Of a stretch of DNA of 64,000 nucleotides, positions 11,247-21,632 are shown in pieces. The notes under the pieces were generated by a model that was given only the letters and a program-made list of their open reading frames with translations, was not told the DNA's origin and searched no databases. The stretch's first letter is position 1, and every line of letters starts with the position of its first letter. Position numbers and translations under genes: made by a program. Source of the stretch: a bacterium (GTDB taxonomy: Bacteria > SAR324 > XYD2-FULL-50-16 > G965216635); contig OZ244188.1 in assembly GCA_965216635.1 (NCBI GenBank), forward strand, positions 1,280,001 through 1,344,000, written 5' to 3'.

Positions 11247-11358
11247 TAAAAATCAACCAGTAAAAATCAACCAGTAAAAATCAACCAGTAAAAATCAACC
11301 AGTAAAAATCAACCAGTAAAAATCAACCAGTAAAAATCAACCAGTAAAAATCAACCAG
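11247..11358. repeat. Perfect tandem repeat TAAAAATCAACCAG x8, intergenic
   Basis: Eight exact 14-bp units ending 11 bp before the GNAT GTG; preceded by a solo element end GAGACCTTTGAATTAG at 11217. Confidence 0.97.
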
Positions 11359-11369
11359 TAAAATTTAAA

Positions 11370-11816
11370 GTGAAAATCAAAATTTTTGAATTGAAAGAAG
11401 AAGATAGAGAACAGTGGGAAACTCTTTACTGTGGTTATGCGAAGTTTTATCAAACTCCAATGAATAAAGAAATTCTGGATAAAGTTTGGTCTTGGATTCA
11501 CAACAAGGAAAAGAAATTTTACGCCCTGATAGCCAAAGATGAGACAGGCAAGGCTTTAGGAATTATGCACTATAGAGAAATGCCGTCTCCTTTGAGAGGT
11601 CAAAGTGTAGGTTTTTTAGACGATTTATTCGTTCATCCAGACTACAGAGGGAAATCCGTAGTGAACGAGTTATTTACAGCTTTACGACAAACCGCTAAAA
11701 ATAAAAACTGGAAATTTATACGCTGGATAACCGCAGACAATAACTATAGAGGTAGAGCCGTCTACGACAGATTAGCCGAAAGGACAGGCTGGATAACCTA
11801 CGAAATGAAGATCTAG
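11370..11816 (+). CDS. GNAT family N-acetyltransferase
   Basis: LDDLFVHPDYRGK acetyl-CoA-binding motif; WITADNNYRGRAVYD. Confidence 0.9.
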   Translation: MKIKIFELKEEDREQWETLYCGYAKFYQTPMNKEILDKVWSWIHNKEKKFYALIAKDETGKALGIMHYREMPSPLRGQSVGFLDDLFVHPDYRGKSVVNELFTALRQTAKNKNWKFIRWITADNNYRGRAVYDRLAERTGWITYEMKI

Positions 11817-11997
11817 ACTTTTGAATTTGCTTGTCTAGTTTAGCCAAAGCAGCGTTGAAAAATTTTTTAACTCTTGCCATTTGTGAAGAAATGCTCTTCA
11901 GTATTCCTACGAGCTAAAAAAATTTTTCGCACCTGTTCTAACCATTTGGCTAGCCGTCACAGCTAGTTTTGTCCTATTTGGCAAATTCAAAAGTCTA
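11814..11997. mobile_element. Modular MITE-like element, copy 3 (184 bp)
   Basis: TAGACTTTTGAATTT...AAATTCAAAAGTCTA; its first TAG is the GNAT stop; no clear TSD. Confidence 0.9.
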
Positions 11998-12143
11998 CTC
12001 TATAGAAAAAACACTAAAAAATATCTAGCCACTTTTAAACTAGTTATTCCTTAAAAGGAAAAAAAATCTGTATCATTATTTGTATCGCTAGTTTCTCTGG
12101 AAATACTAGAATTTTCTGGAAACTTTTCTTCTTTTGTTCGTTT

Positions 12144-13562
12144 TCAGAAACTTAATTTTAGTTTTTTGATTTCATTCATTTTTTCAATTTTCATTTTTAA
12201 ATATTCCATAGGTCTATCCCCTTTTACCCTATTGCAACTTCCGCATAAAAGCTGATAATTTTCAAAATAATCTCCACCACCTCTAGATTTAGGCACTATA
12301 TGGTCTTGTTCTAAATTTCTTTTTTCAAAAGCAACAAAGCAACCGTTACATTTTCCTTTTTGATTTTTAAATAAAATATCTTTTATGTTTTTTGTAGGCT
12401 TTTCTTTTTTTATATCGCTTCTTTGAGGTATATCATTTCTTTGCACAAAATCTGTAAATAATCCGCTATCACTTTCTAGTCTTTGCATAACTAAATCTAC
12501 AGATTTTTCTGCTATATCAATCCCAATCCATTTGCGCTCTAATTGTTGTGCCGCTACCATAGTCGTAGCACAGCCGCAAAAAGGGTCAAATACCACCTCT
12601 CCTTTATTACTACTTGCTTTGATTATTCTGTGTAATAGTTTCAAAGGTTTTTGGGTAGGATAACCAGTATCCTCACTTCTAGTGAGAAATATATCGTCCC
12701 ACAAATTACCAACAGGAACGCCGTTATAATCTTTTAAATATTTACGTCTTTCTAATTTTCCGTTTTCTTTAATCACAATATTTCCTTTTTCGTATTCTTC
12801 TTGTAGTCTTTTTTTACTTAATCTCCAGCCAGATGGGTGTGGATTTTCAAACCCTTTCCAAGTATAACAAAGATTGGGTCTAGCTCCCATTTTGGGAGTA
12901 CAAAATATATGGCTGTTATCTAATCGGTAGCGTTCCCCGTTTCTATCCATCAAAGAGAATTGCTCTTGAATTTCTTCTGGTAACAATTCTCTGGTATTTC
13001 TAAATACATTTTGCTCTTCTCCTTTTTTGTAATGAAAAATATTATCGGTGGTAACTCCCCAAGTTTTTGCTTGAAATTGACTCCCTTTTTGGAGGGAGCT
13101 ATGTCTTTTCCAAATAATCATTCCTAATACTTTATCTTTTCCAAACACTTTATCTAAAATTATCTTTAGGTAGTGACTAGCTGTAGGGTCGCAGTGAAGA
13201 TAAAAACTACCTGTAGATCTTAAAATTCGGTGCATCTCTATTATCCTCTGCGCCATATAGACTAAGTAAGACATCATTGATTCTCCGTGTATTTCACCTA
13301 CAGAAGCAATAAAATTAGCCATAAATGGATAGTTATTGAATAGTTTCTCAAGGTGAAATTTATCTACATCGTTCCATTTCCACATATCTTTAAAAGCAGA
13401 ACCAGCCGCCTTGCTTCCTACTGGCGCTTCATACATTCTTTTGGAATTAAAAGGAGGGTCTAGGTATATCAGGTCTACACTTTCGCTATTCATTCCTTGC
13501 AAAATATAGAGATTATCTCCAGTAAATAAAGTATTAAGTTTTATATTTAGTGGAGAATTCAT
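12144..13562 (-). CDS. N6/N4 DNA methyltransferase fused to a C-terminal HNH endonuclease domain
   Basis: DLIYLDPPF, YPTQKP, DPFCGCATT; C-terminal CNGC...DHIVPKSRGG...NYQLLCGSCN. Confidence 0.9.
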   Translation of the reverse strand: MNSPLNIKLNTLFTGDNLYILQGMNSESVDLIYLDPPFNSKRMYEAPVGSKAAGSAFKDMWKWNDVDKFHLEKLFNNYPFMANFIASVGEIHGESMMSYLVYMAQRIIEMHRILRSTGSFYLHCDPTASHYLKIILDKVFGKDKVLGMIIWKRHSSLQKGSQFQAKTWGVTTDNIFHYKKGEEQNVFRNTRELLPEEIQEQFSLMDRNGERYRLDNSHIFCTPKMGARPNLCYTWKGFENPHPSGWRLSKKRLQEEYEKGNIVIKENGKLERRKYLKDYNGVPVGNLWDDIFLTRSEDTGYPTQKPLKLLHRIIKASSNKGEVVFDPFCGCATTMVAAQQLERKWIGIDIAEKSVDLVMQRLESDSGLFTDFVQRNDIPQRSDIKKEKPTKNIKDILFKNQKGKCNGCFVAFEKRNLEQDHIVPKSRGGGDYFENYQLLCGSCNRVKGDRPMEYLKMKIEKMNEIKKLKLSF

Positions 13563-13636
13563 TATTTTCTTGGATTTTTTAGAATATCTTGATTGCAGCA
13601 GCTATATTCTATTTCAATCAAAAACTCGCCAAATAG

Positions 13637-14008
13637 CTAAAATGGAAAAGAATCTGTATTAGTATCTTTATTGCCAGAACTTTCTAAATTTTCTGGTGCT
13701 GAATCTTGTTTTTCTCTAATTTCTGTAGGTTGTTTTTCTTGTAAAGAAGAACCAGTTTGTTTGTTTGTGCCACTAGGATTTTGTGTAGACAAGTTTTCTG
13801 TATAGTCTTTTTCTTCCCAGTTACCATCTTTTTCTGTCAATATACGAACCCTTTTATCTGCGGCTTCTAGAGTTTTTTGGCAGTCTTTGCTTAAAACAAT
13901 TCCAGCCTCAAATTCCTTAAGAGCTTTTTCTAAAGGAAGGTCTCCTTGACTTAGATTTTGGTTTATTTTTTCTAATTCTTGTAATTTTTCTTCAAAAGTT
14001 TTTTCCAT
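13637..14008 (-). CDS. xseB: Exodeoxyribonuclease VII small subunit with low-complexity C-terminal tail
   Basis: TFEEKLQELEKI...LPLEKALKEFEAGIVLSKDCQKTLEAA. Confidence 0.9.
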   Translation of the reverse strand: MEKTFEEKLQELEKINQNLSQGDLPLEKALKEFEAGIVLSKDCQKTLEAADKRVRILTEKDGNWEEKDYTENLSTQNPSGTNKQTGSSLQEKQPTEIREKQDSAPENLESSGNKDTNTDSFPF

Positions 14009-14021
14009 ATTATTTTATTAG

Positions 14022-15236
14022 TTAAAAAAGTTGATTCTCTACCAAATCAGCTAAAGTCTCCCTCTTGCGAATCAATTTCGCTTCCCCTTTTAAGTCTATT
14101 AAAACTTCCGCGGGGCGTAGCATAGAATTATAATTACTTGCCATAGTAAAACCATAGGCTCCTGTATCCAAAATTGCAAGAATATCTCCAATTTTTGTAT
14201 TTTGGGGCAAGTTTCTATCTTTCCCCAAAATATCACCTGATTCACAAATATTTCCAGTAATGGTGAATTTTTTTGTCTGCTTTGACTTATTGGAACTGTG
14301 GACGATTTTATGGTAAGCTCCATAAAATTCAGGACGGAGTAGAAAATTAAAACCCAAATCGGTACCTAAAAAATCTATACCTTGATTGTTTTTGATAGAT
14401 CTCACTCTAGCCAAACAACAGCCAGCGTGCCCTATAATATATCTACCTGGTTGGATGCCAAAATTCACCTTTTCCCTACCCTTTTTTTCTTGCCATTTTT
14501 CAAGCATTTCTGTGAATTTTTTTGAGTATTTTTCTATGGGAAAATCTTTTTCACTTTCTTTATAAGCAATCCCAAAACCACCGCCAAAATCAATATATTC
14601 TATACTAGGATAGCATTCCGCAATTTTTAAAAGTAGTGCTGCCGCTTCTTGGAAAGGCGTGCTTTCTAAAAACAAAGAGCCTATATGAGCGCTGATACCT
14701 ATAATTTTTTTCTTTTTTTTAGCAGCAAGTTCAAAAGCCTCTGAAATTTGAGGTAAATCTATACCAAACTTTACCTTTCCAGCGGTAATCACTCTTTGGT
14801 GATGTCCTTCTCCTTTGGTAGGGTTGATGCGAATGCAAGCATTATCCCCCTCTAGTGCAAAGTATTTTTCTAGCTGACAAAGAGAATCCAAACAAACAAA
14901 AAATTGATTTTTGACTAACCATTCCAAGTCTTCGGTCGCAATATTATTACCACTAAAAAGGATTTCTTTTATCCTCCATCCTGCAAGCTGTGCTAACTTT
15001 AATTCAGCAAGGCTAATCACTTCTGCAAATATATCTTCAGAGCGAATAATTTTTAATAAAGCAATGTTGGAATTTGCCTTGACAGCGTAGTGAATTTGAA
15101 AATTTTTAAGAGTACAGAGTTGTTTGATTTTTTGGCAACTTTTCCTTAAAATTTTCTCACTATAAACATACAAGGGAGATGAAAATTTATCTACTAGCTC
15201 TGTGGGGGAATATTTACCAAACATAGTGGGTCTCAT
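14022..15236 (-). CDS. lysA: Diaminopimelate decarboxylase
   Basis: YAVKAN (PLP lysine), HIGS, DFGGGFG, GNICESGD, GAYGFTMASNYN. Confidence 0.93.
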   Translation of the reverse strand: MRPTMFGKYSPTELVDKFSSPLYVYSEKILRKSCQKIKQLCTLKNFQIHYAVKANSNIALLKIIRSEDIFAEVISLAELKLAQLAGWRIKEILFSGNNIATEDLEWLVKNQFFVCLDSLCQLEKYFALEGDNACIRINPTKGEGHHQRVITAGKVKFGIDLPQISEAFELAAKKKKKIIGISAHIGSLFLESTPFQEAAALLLKIAECYPSIEYIDFGGGFGIAYKESEKDFPIEKYSKKFTEMLEKWQEKKGREKVNFGIQPGRYIIGHAGCCLARVRSIKNNQGIDFLGTDLGFNFLLRPEFYGAYHKIVHSSNKSKQTKKFTITGNICESGDILGKDRNLPQNTKIGDILAILDTGAYGFTMASNYNSMLRPAEVLIDLKGEAKLIRKRETLADLVENQLF

Positions 15237-15245
15237 TTTTTAGGC

Positions 15246-17291
15246 TTATTTTTTAGTATCGTCTATGCTTTGTAAAAAATGCCAATTTAATAATTTTTGA
15301 AAAGCTTGCTGTTTTTGATAAATTTCTAGTAAAGGATTTTCTTCTGCTGAACCTCGCGTATCTGACTGAACCCGTTTCATTTTACCTGCTGGTTGGTTTA
15401 TCCATTGATAATAAACAGGATTTTGTTGTAATAAAACAGCTCCTTCTGTAGACATCACAAAAGCACTATTGAAAGCAAAATCTTTTTTATCTGTTTTAGA
15501 TAAAAGATTGTTTCCACTCGCCAAATATTTTGCATTAGGGAATATATTACTAAATATTGTAGGAAAAATATCTCTATGAGAACCTATTCTTTGCTTATCA
15601 AAAGTAACATTTTTTTTATATAATTTTGGTAAATAAAGATAAAAAGGAACTGCAAACTTATAAAAAATGTTTTCTTCATAAACGTTGTAGTTGAACATAT
15701 CTCTTGTATTATGATCTCCTGTTCCAGCAATCACAACATTATTTTTTAAAAGACTATCCTGTTTTACCTCAGAAATAAACTTCCCGAAAGTTTCGCTGGT
15801 GTATTGATAGGTTGTAAATATTTGTTGCCGTTTTTTATGAGACAATAGAATTTTTTGCATGGATTTAGGTGTTTTTTTCAGTGGATAGGGTTGGTAATTT
15901 GAAGGAAAAACATAAGGCACATGGTTGGTTGTAGTTAAGAAAAAAACAAACAAAGGCTTAGATGTTTTTTTAATTCTTTGTAAAATATAATCGTAGACTG
16001 TTTCTTCATAACCTCCATAAAAATTTGATTCTGCATCAGGATAAATTTTTTTAAAATCATTCCAGCCTAAAATTTCATCAAATCCTAAGGAAACAAGCAA
16101 GTTGCCCATTTTATGCCAATCTTTTTTTCCGCTGGTTACAAAAATAGTTTTATAACCTTGTTTTTTAAAAACATTAGGAATGGATGAATCCAGTGAAGTT
16201 TTGTGATATTTAGATGCAGTGATATCCAATCCTAAAAAATTGGCGAGTAAAAACTGCATAGAAGCGTGAGTTCCTTGTGTAATAGAAAGAAAATTTTTGA
16301 AAAAAAAATCTTCTTTCGTATGAGAATCTAAACTTCCTAATAAATTAAACTGCTCGTTATCGTGAAATTTTAATAGATGTCTACCCCAACCTTCCATCAA
16401 AACAAATATCGTATGCGGATTTTGACTAAAAACAGTATTTTCTGTTTTTTTGTATATTTTCTCTTTTAGACTACTCTGGGAAACTTCAATATTAGGGTAG
16501 AGTGTTTTAAAGGATTCTGTTGCTTCTTTTGTTTTTATCTCAGTTAAAGTAGAAAGATTTTTATGATCTTTATAAGCCACATAAAGAGCAATAATACCGT
16601 TAGTAACAGAGCTATTGAGTAAGTTGTTATCTGTTATTTCTGCATCTCTGATAAAAGAATAAATAGTATGCGGGTTGAGAGAACTCCTTGCAGAAATAAA
16701 AATCAAAAAGAATACAGCTAGGGTATAAATCATTTTTGAATACCACCTTCTCAAATGCAACTGAGGTGGATTCCATCGTAACAGTAATTTATGAATACAA
16801 AATAAAGCAATAATTCCAAAAATCAAAAGAAAAATTAAAAGAGGGAGGGAAAATTCTCCATTCAGATATTGGTATAAATCTCCAAAATTTTCGTTTTGTG
16901 CCTCAAAAATAAAAGCATCAATTTTACCTTGAAAAGGTCGGTAATAAAAAAAATTTATAAAGCTGATAATAAAACTTACAACAAAAGACAACAAGCCGAT
17001 ATAAGGTAAAAAACGGGCTAACAATAGAACTGGTTTTTGCCACGGAAGTAACCAAAATATAATACCTAAAAAAAAAAAAGGAATAATGAAAATCGTGAAT
17101 AATTTTAAACTTCCTCTCACTCCCCCAAGGAGTGCTTGAATGAAACTGTTTAGCTCAATGGAATGAAAATTACCGTATTTAATAATAATTGCTATTTGAA
17201 ATAACAACATCATTATAACGCTAACAAATACATAGAGAAATAAGTAAGAAACAACTCTATGCCAATAATCAAAACTTTTTAAACTGCCCAT
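15246..17291 (-). CDS. LTA synthase family / sulfatase-like membrane protein
   Basis: N-terminal TM helices followed by HTIFVLMEGW, TTTNHVPY, GDH and GSHRDIFPTI. Confidence 0.85.
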   Translation of the reverse strand: MGSLKSFDYWHRVVSYLFLYVFVSVIMMLLFQIAIIIKYGNFHSIELNSFIQALLGGVRGSLKLFTIFIIPFFFLGIIFWLLPWQKPVLLLARFLPYIGLLSFVVSFIISFINFFYYRPFQGKIDAFIFEAQNENFGDLYQYLNGEFSLPLLIFLLIFGIIALFCIHKLLLRWNPPQLHLRRWYSKMIYTLAVFFLIFISARSSLNPHTIYSFIRDAEITDNNLLNSSVTNGIIALYVAYKDHKNLSTLTEIKTKEATESFKTLYPNIEVSQSSLKEKIYKKTENTVFSQNPHTIFVLMEGWGRHLLKFHDNEQFNLLGSLDSHTKEDFFFKNFLSITQGTHASMQFLLANFLGLDITASKYHKTSLDSSIPNVFKKQGYKTIFVTSGKKDWHKMGNLLVSLGFDEILGWNDFKKIYPDAESNFYGGYEETVYDYILQRIKKTSKPLFVFFLTTTNHVPYVFPSNYQPYPLKKTPKSMQKILLSHKKRQQIFTTYQYTSETFGKFISEVKQDSLLKNNVVIAGTGDHNTRDMFNYNVYEENIFYKFAVPFYLYLPKLYKKNVTFDKQRIGSHRDIFPTIFSNIFPNAKYLASGNNLLSKTDKKDFAFNSAFVMSTEGAVLLQQNPVYYQWINQPAGKMKRVQSDTRGSAEENPLLEIYQKQQAFQKLLNWHFLQSIDDTKK

Positions 17292-17293
17292 TC

Positions 17294-19333
17294 TTAAGGT
17301 AAAATTTTATTCTCTACAATAGCATTAAAATAGGTTTGAAAAAAAGCCAAAAAATTTTCCCTTTGTTTTTGGTGTGCTGTTTTTGCGAGCGGATTATGCA
17401 CTTCCTGCAAAGTTTGAAAGTCTATCACTTTCAACAACTCTTTTTGATTGAAAATATAAATGTATTCTTCTGTAATCCAATAGTCCAAGTCAGAAGAAAT
17501 CAAACTAAAATTAGAAATGCCTTTTTCTGCTAATAAATTTTTTCCAGCAGATGCAAAAGGCTGATTGTTTTTCAAAAGAGCTAAGATAGTAGGGGTGAGA
17601 TCTATATGCGAACCTATTTTGTAAGATACGCCCTTAGGCACTAAGCCTGAAGGTGAAAAAATCAGTAAAGGAATATTGAAATCTTTCTTAAAATTAGAAG
17701 TAATTCCTCTGCTATGGTCTGCCGTAATAATAAAAATTGTATTTTCATACCAATCTGTTTTTTTTGCTTTTTTAAAAAATTCACCTAAAGCCCAATCTGA
17801 GTATCGTAGAGAATTGAGATATTCAAAATCAGCAGTATCTTTTTTGAAATAATGAAACCTTTCTTCTGGAACATTGTAAGGATCGTGCGAACTCAAAGAA
17901 AAAAAAAGTCCATAAAAAGGATATTTTAATTTATCTAATTCTCCAGAAAAAAGTTCTAATGCCTCATGATCCCAAAGTCCCCAAGTACCGTCGTATTCTG
18001 CATTGGGAAAATCACTTAAAGAGAAAATTTTTTGGTAACCAGCAATTCCAGCCATATTATGTAAATTAAAACTACCTTCTTTACCCCCGTGGAAAAAAAT
18101 AGTTTCATACATTTCTTTTTTTAATGGTTGAGCTAAAGAAGACATTTTATTGCTTATAAACGGGCTGTCATAGATAGGCACTGTTTCGCTATTAGGAAGA
18201 GAAAAAAAAACACTAGTCATACTCTGAATGGAGCGTCTGCCAGAAGAATAAAAATTTTTAAAGAGCAAACCTTCTTTACTCAGACGATTAAAGTTAGGTG
18301 TAGTTTCTGAATTGCCTCCGCTTACAGTAGAAATAAATCTCCCACCCCATGTTTCCATTATTAATAAAACAATGTTGGGAGATATTTTTCTTTTTTCTGC
18401 CTCTGAAAAATTAAATTTACGGTAAAACGGAGCATTTTTGTCTAAAAAAACTTCTTGTGGAGAAACCAGTGGAGAAACCAGTGGAGAAACCAGTGGAGAA
18501 ACCAGTAGTTTTTGCGTTTTTTTGATGGCTATTTCTCTAGGTAGCCAGTCTTTTGGTTTTGCCAAAATAGTTTTTGCAGATAAGTATTTCAAAAAAGTAA
18601 AAGGAGCACTCAAAGCTAAATTCCCTAAATTTTGACTCCCATAAATAAAAGAATGGGATATATTCAGCGGTTTCAGTTGCCACCCACCTCTTGCAAACAA
18701 GACAATAAGAAAAAAAATAAAGAATCTTAAAACAACCTCTTTTAGCAAAAGCAACCAGCTAAAAGATTTTAGCTGGGCAGTTTTTTTTACCAAAGACGAA
18801 TTTACCAAAGATTCTTTTACCAGTGAACGATAAAAACGAAACCAAAGATAAGTGATAAAAAAAAAGAAAAAAAGTATGGAAAATATGATGAACCAATAGC
18901 TTTGCCAACCTGCACTAACAATAGTGAAAAAATCAGAAAAGAGAAAAAAAAATTCAAAGGAAACATGCCTTCCTGTTTCTCCAAAATAAGCAAGATCGGA
19001 TAGCTGTAAAGCAAAAAAGAATAGGTTAAAAGGGAGAGTGAACATTGCTAACAGTTTCACAATACCCATTTGCCAGCGAGGGAGAGAGAGTAGAACTAAA
19101 CAATAGAATAAACCATGAACTAAAAAGACAACAGCAAAATCAAATCTCAGTCCATAAAGCAGAGCCCAGATAATTTGGATAAAAGCATATTGTGCTTGAT
19201 ACTCTTGAAAGTAATAAAAGAAAAAAATAAGCCTTCCTAAAAAAAGCAGTCCTAGAGGAAGTCCAAAATAAAAAAGAGTAAGTTTGGTTAAAACTTTATT
19301 TTTTTCAAAAAAACTGAAATTTAAAATAGGCAT
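17294..19333 (-). CDS. LTA synthase family / sulfatase-like membrane protein
   Basis: PNIVLLIMETW, SSHDPY, TADH, GSHIDLTPTI; start reassigned to ATG 19333, which overlaps the upstream stop (TAATG). Confidence 0.87.
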   Translation of the reverse strand: MPILNFSFFEKNKVLTKLTLFYFGLPLGLLFLGRLIFFFYYFQEYQAQYAFIQIIWALLYGLRFDFAVVFLVHGLFYCLVLLSLPRWQMGIVKLLAMFTLPFNLFFFALQLSDLAYFGETGRHVSFEFFFLFSDFFTIVSAGWQSYWFIIFSILFFFFFITYLWFRFYRSLVKESLVNSSLVKKTAQLKSFSWLLLLKEVVLRFFIFFLIVLFARGGWQLKPLNISHSFIYGSQNLGNLALSAPFTFLKYLSAKTILAKPKDWLPREIAIKKTQKLLVSPLVSPLVSPLVSPQEVFLDKNAPFYRKFNFSEAEKRKISPNIVLLIMETWGGRFISTVSGGNSETTPNFNRLSKEGLLFKNFYSSGRRSIQSMTSVFFSLPNSETVPIYDSPFISNKMSSLAQPLKKEMYETIFFHGGKEGSFNLHNMAGIAGYQKIFSLSDFPNAEYDGTWGLWDHEALELFSGELDKLKYPFYGLFFSLSSHDPYNVPEERFHYFKKDTADFEYLNSLRYSDWALGEFFKKAKKTDWYENTIFIITADHSRGITSNFKKDFNIPLLIFSPSGLVPKGVSYKIGSHIDLTPTILALLKNNQPFASAGKNLLAEKGISNFSLISSDLDYWITEEYIYIFNQKELLKVIDFQTLQEVHNPLAKTAHQKQRENFLAFFQTYFNAIVENKILP
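18457..18504. repeat. In-frame 12-bp tandem repeat GTGGAGAAACCA x4 (LVSP repeats)
   Basis: Direct reading of the sequence. Confidence 0.95.
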
Positions 19334-20040
19334 TATTTTTTGAGATAATATTGTCGTTTTTTTTCTGGTAATTTTTCTATAGCGTAGCGTAGCATTGTGC
19401 GTGGCATTTCTTGTATGTGCTTGTCTAAAAACCGCTCTAAATCTTCCAATTTGACCTTGCCTACTTCTCGTAACATCCATCCGCTTGCTTTATGGATTAA
19501 ATCTTCTTTATCTTTCAGTAGTATTTTGGCAAGAGTCAAAGTATCTTTTGTGTCCTTTTGTTTGATATAATAAAAAGTGGAAATTATGGCTATCCGTCGC
19601 TCCCAAAGAGAAGCAGAAACTACAAGTTGATAAAGTAGGTCTCTTTTTTTATCCATCAGATAAATACCTATAATTTTATGAGCACTAGAATCTACCAAAT
19701 CCCAGTTGTTGACATACCTGATATATTTTAGATAAAACTGGTAAATTTTATGCTGTTGATTTTTATCGCCACTACGAGAACTACTTTCAAACTGTAAAAC
19801 AAGAATAAACAGAGCCAATAATCTTTCTTCGTGAATTTTGGAGCAGAGTAAGCCTTTTAATATTGTAAAATCAGCATTTTTCCATTTTTTAGAAATTTCA
19901 CGAATTTCAGGCACTGTTAATCCTAAAAAAACATCCCCTTCGGAGTATTCTCCTTTTGCGGTTTTAAAAAATCTTTGGGAATGTATTGCCCTTTTAGAGT
20001 CTTTTTTTTGATGCAATTCTTTAAGGATTATGTTAAGCAT
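19333..20040 (-). CDS. DNA alkylation repair protein (AlkD-like)
   Basis: FFKTAKGEYSEGDVFLG, NNWDLVD, LIHKASGWMLREVGK, MPRTMLRYAIE. Confidence 0.9.
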   Translation of the reverse strand: MLNIILKELHQKKDSKRAIHSQRFFKTAKGEYSEGDVFLGLTVPEIREISKKWKNADFTILKGLLCSKIHEERLLALFILVLQFESSSRSGDKNQQHKIYQFYLKYIRYVNNWDLVDSSAHKIIGIYLMDKKRDLLYQLVVSASLWERRIAIISTFYYIKQKDTKDTLTLAKILLKDKEDLIHKASGWMLREVGKVKLEDLERFLDKHIQEMPRTMLRYAIEKLPEKKRQYYLKK

Positions 20041-20067
20041 TTTGAGGTTTCGAGATTTCTTTTTATA

Positions 20068-20311
20068 TAGACTTTTGAATTAGCGTTCTGTTTAGCCAAA
20101 GCAAGCTTATTGCTTGAAACTATTTATGGGCTATAGAAAAAGTGCCTTTTGGCACTTTTTCATTTCTTTTTTGTATTACGCAAGGTTTGTAGTGTTTTTT
20201 GCTACGCCATTAAAAAAAAATTTTAACTCTTGAAATATTACATATATTCCAGCGAGCTAAAATTTTTTTTCGCCTTGCCTAGCCGTCACATAACGCTAAT
20301 TCAAAGGTCTA
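20068..20311. mobile_element. Modular MITE-like element, copy 4 (244 bp)
   Basis: TAGACTTTTGAATTAGCG...CGCTAATTCAAAGGTCTA; TSD TTATA/TTATA. Confidence 0.9.
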
Positions 20312-20379
20312 TTATACACGAAAATGATAAACTATTTTTTAAAAAACCTCAAAAAAAGGTTTGCCCAATAGTTTTCCCA

Positions 20380-21414
20380 ATGATTCATAAAATAATTCAC
20401 ATAGATATGGACGCTTTTTATGCCTCTATTGAGCAAAGAGATTTCCCTCAATATAGAGACAAACCTCTAGTTGTAGGTGGCGATCCAAATGGCAGAGGAG
20501 TAGTGGCGACCTGCAGTTATGAAGCTAGAAAATACGGTATTCATTCTGCGATGCCTTCTTATAGAGCCTACCGACTTTGTCCGCAAGCAATATTTGTAAA
20601 ACCTCGTTTTGCAGCCTACAAAGAAGCCTCTCAAAAAATTAGAGAAATTTTTTATCAATACACTTCCTTAGTAGAGCCGCTTTCTTTAGACGAAGCCTAC
20701 TTGGATGTGACAGATTCTAAGAAATGTTTTGGATCGGCTACTTTAATTGCAAAAGAAATTAAAAGAAAAATTTTTGAACAGGTTCAAATCACCGCCTCTG
20801 CTGGAGTTTCTTATAATAAATTTTTAGCCAAAATAGCCAGCGACATTCAAAAACCCAATGGACTCACCATTGTCCTGCCCCAAAAGGGAGAAGAGTTTGT
20901 GAAAAAATTAAAAATTCGTCAATTTTATGGTGTTGGCAAAGCAACAGAAAAAAAAATGCACCGCTTAAACATTTATACAGGAGCAGATTTAAAAAAGTGG
21001 AGCATCACAGAACTAAAAAAGCATTTTGGAAAATTTAGCAACTACCTCTATTCTGCTGCAAGAGCTATCGACAACCGCTCCGTAAAAACTTTTAGGCAGA
21101 GAAAATCTGTAGGAAAAGAAACAACCTTTCTCAAAGATATTTCTAAAAAAGAAGAGGCTTTAATTGTTTTAGAAAAACTGACTGTGCAAATTTTGGACTT
21201 TATGCAGCAAAAAAAATTTACTGCAAAAACTTTAACTTTAAAGATGAAATATACAGATTTTCGCTCCATTACCCGTAGTCAAACTCAAAAAGAAGGTTAT
21301 CAAAATTTACCTGAACTGCTAGAAACACTGGAAGTTTTACTAGCAAAAACAGATTTCGGAAAGAGAAAAATTAGACTGTTAGGGGTTAGTTTGACTAACC
21401 TAGTAGACCTTTGA
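20380..21414 (+). CDS. dinB: DNA polymerase IV
   Basis: HIDMDAFYAS, CSYEARKYG, SLDEAYLD; start moved to 20380 because the ORF-track extension lies partly in the repeat element. Confidence 0.96.
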   Translation: MIHKIIHIDMDAFYASIEQRDFPQYRDKPLVVGGDPNGRGVVATCSYEARKYGIHSAMPSYRAYRLCPQAIFVKPRFAAYKEASQKIREIFYQYTSLVEPLSLDEAYLDVTDSKKCFGSATLIAKEIKRKIFEQVQITASAGVSYNKFLAKIASDIQKPNGLTIVLPQKGEEFVKKLKIRQFYGVGKATEKKMHRLNIYTGADLKKWSITELKKHFGKFSNYLYSAARAIDNRSVKTFRQRKSVGKETTFLKDISKKEEALIVLEKLTVQILDFMQQKKFTAKTLTLKMKYTDFRSITRSQTQKEGYQNLPELLETLEVLLAKTDFGKRKIRLLGVSLTNLVDL

Positions 21415-21632
21415 TTATTAAGAAAAATCTGTAAAAAACAAATAAACTGCCAATAGCCAAAAAAATACTATTGACAAGAAATTTTTTTTCTATAATTATT
21501 CTTTATAAGAAATAGTCAGAAAAAATAAAAAACTGCCAATAGCCAAAAAAATACTATTGACAAGATTTTTTTTTTCTGCAATTCTTTATGAAGTTTTGTT
21601 ATTTAACCTAAATTCTAATTATCTACACGATT

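Noticed and set aside
11247..11358. CRISPR or iteron interpretation of the 14-bp array
   Set aside because: Contiguous units without spacers, and no rep gene nearby
19334..19480. Long overlap of the LTA synthase ORF with the alkD-like gene
   Set aside because: ATG at 19333 gives a clean TAATG coupling, so the extension is spurious
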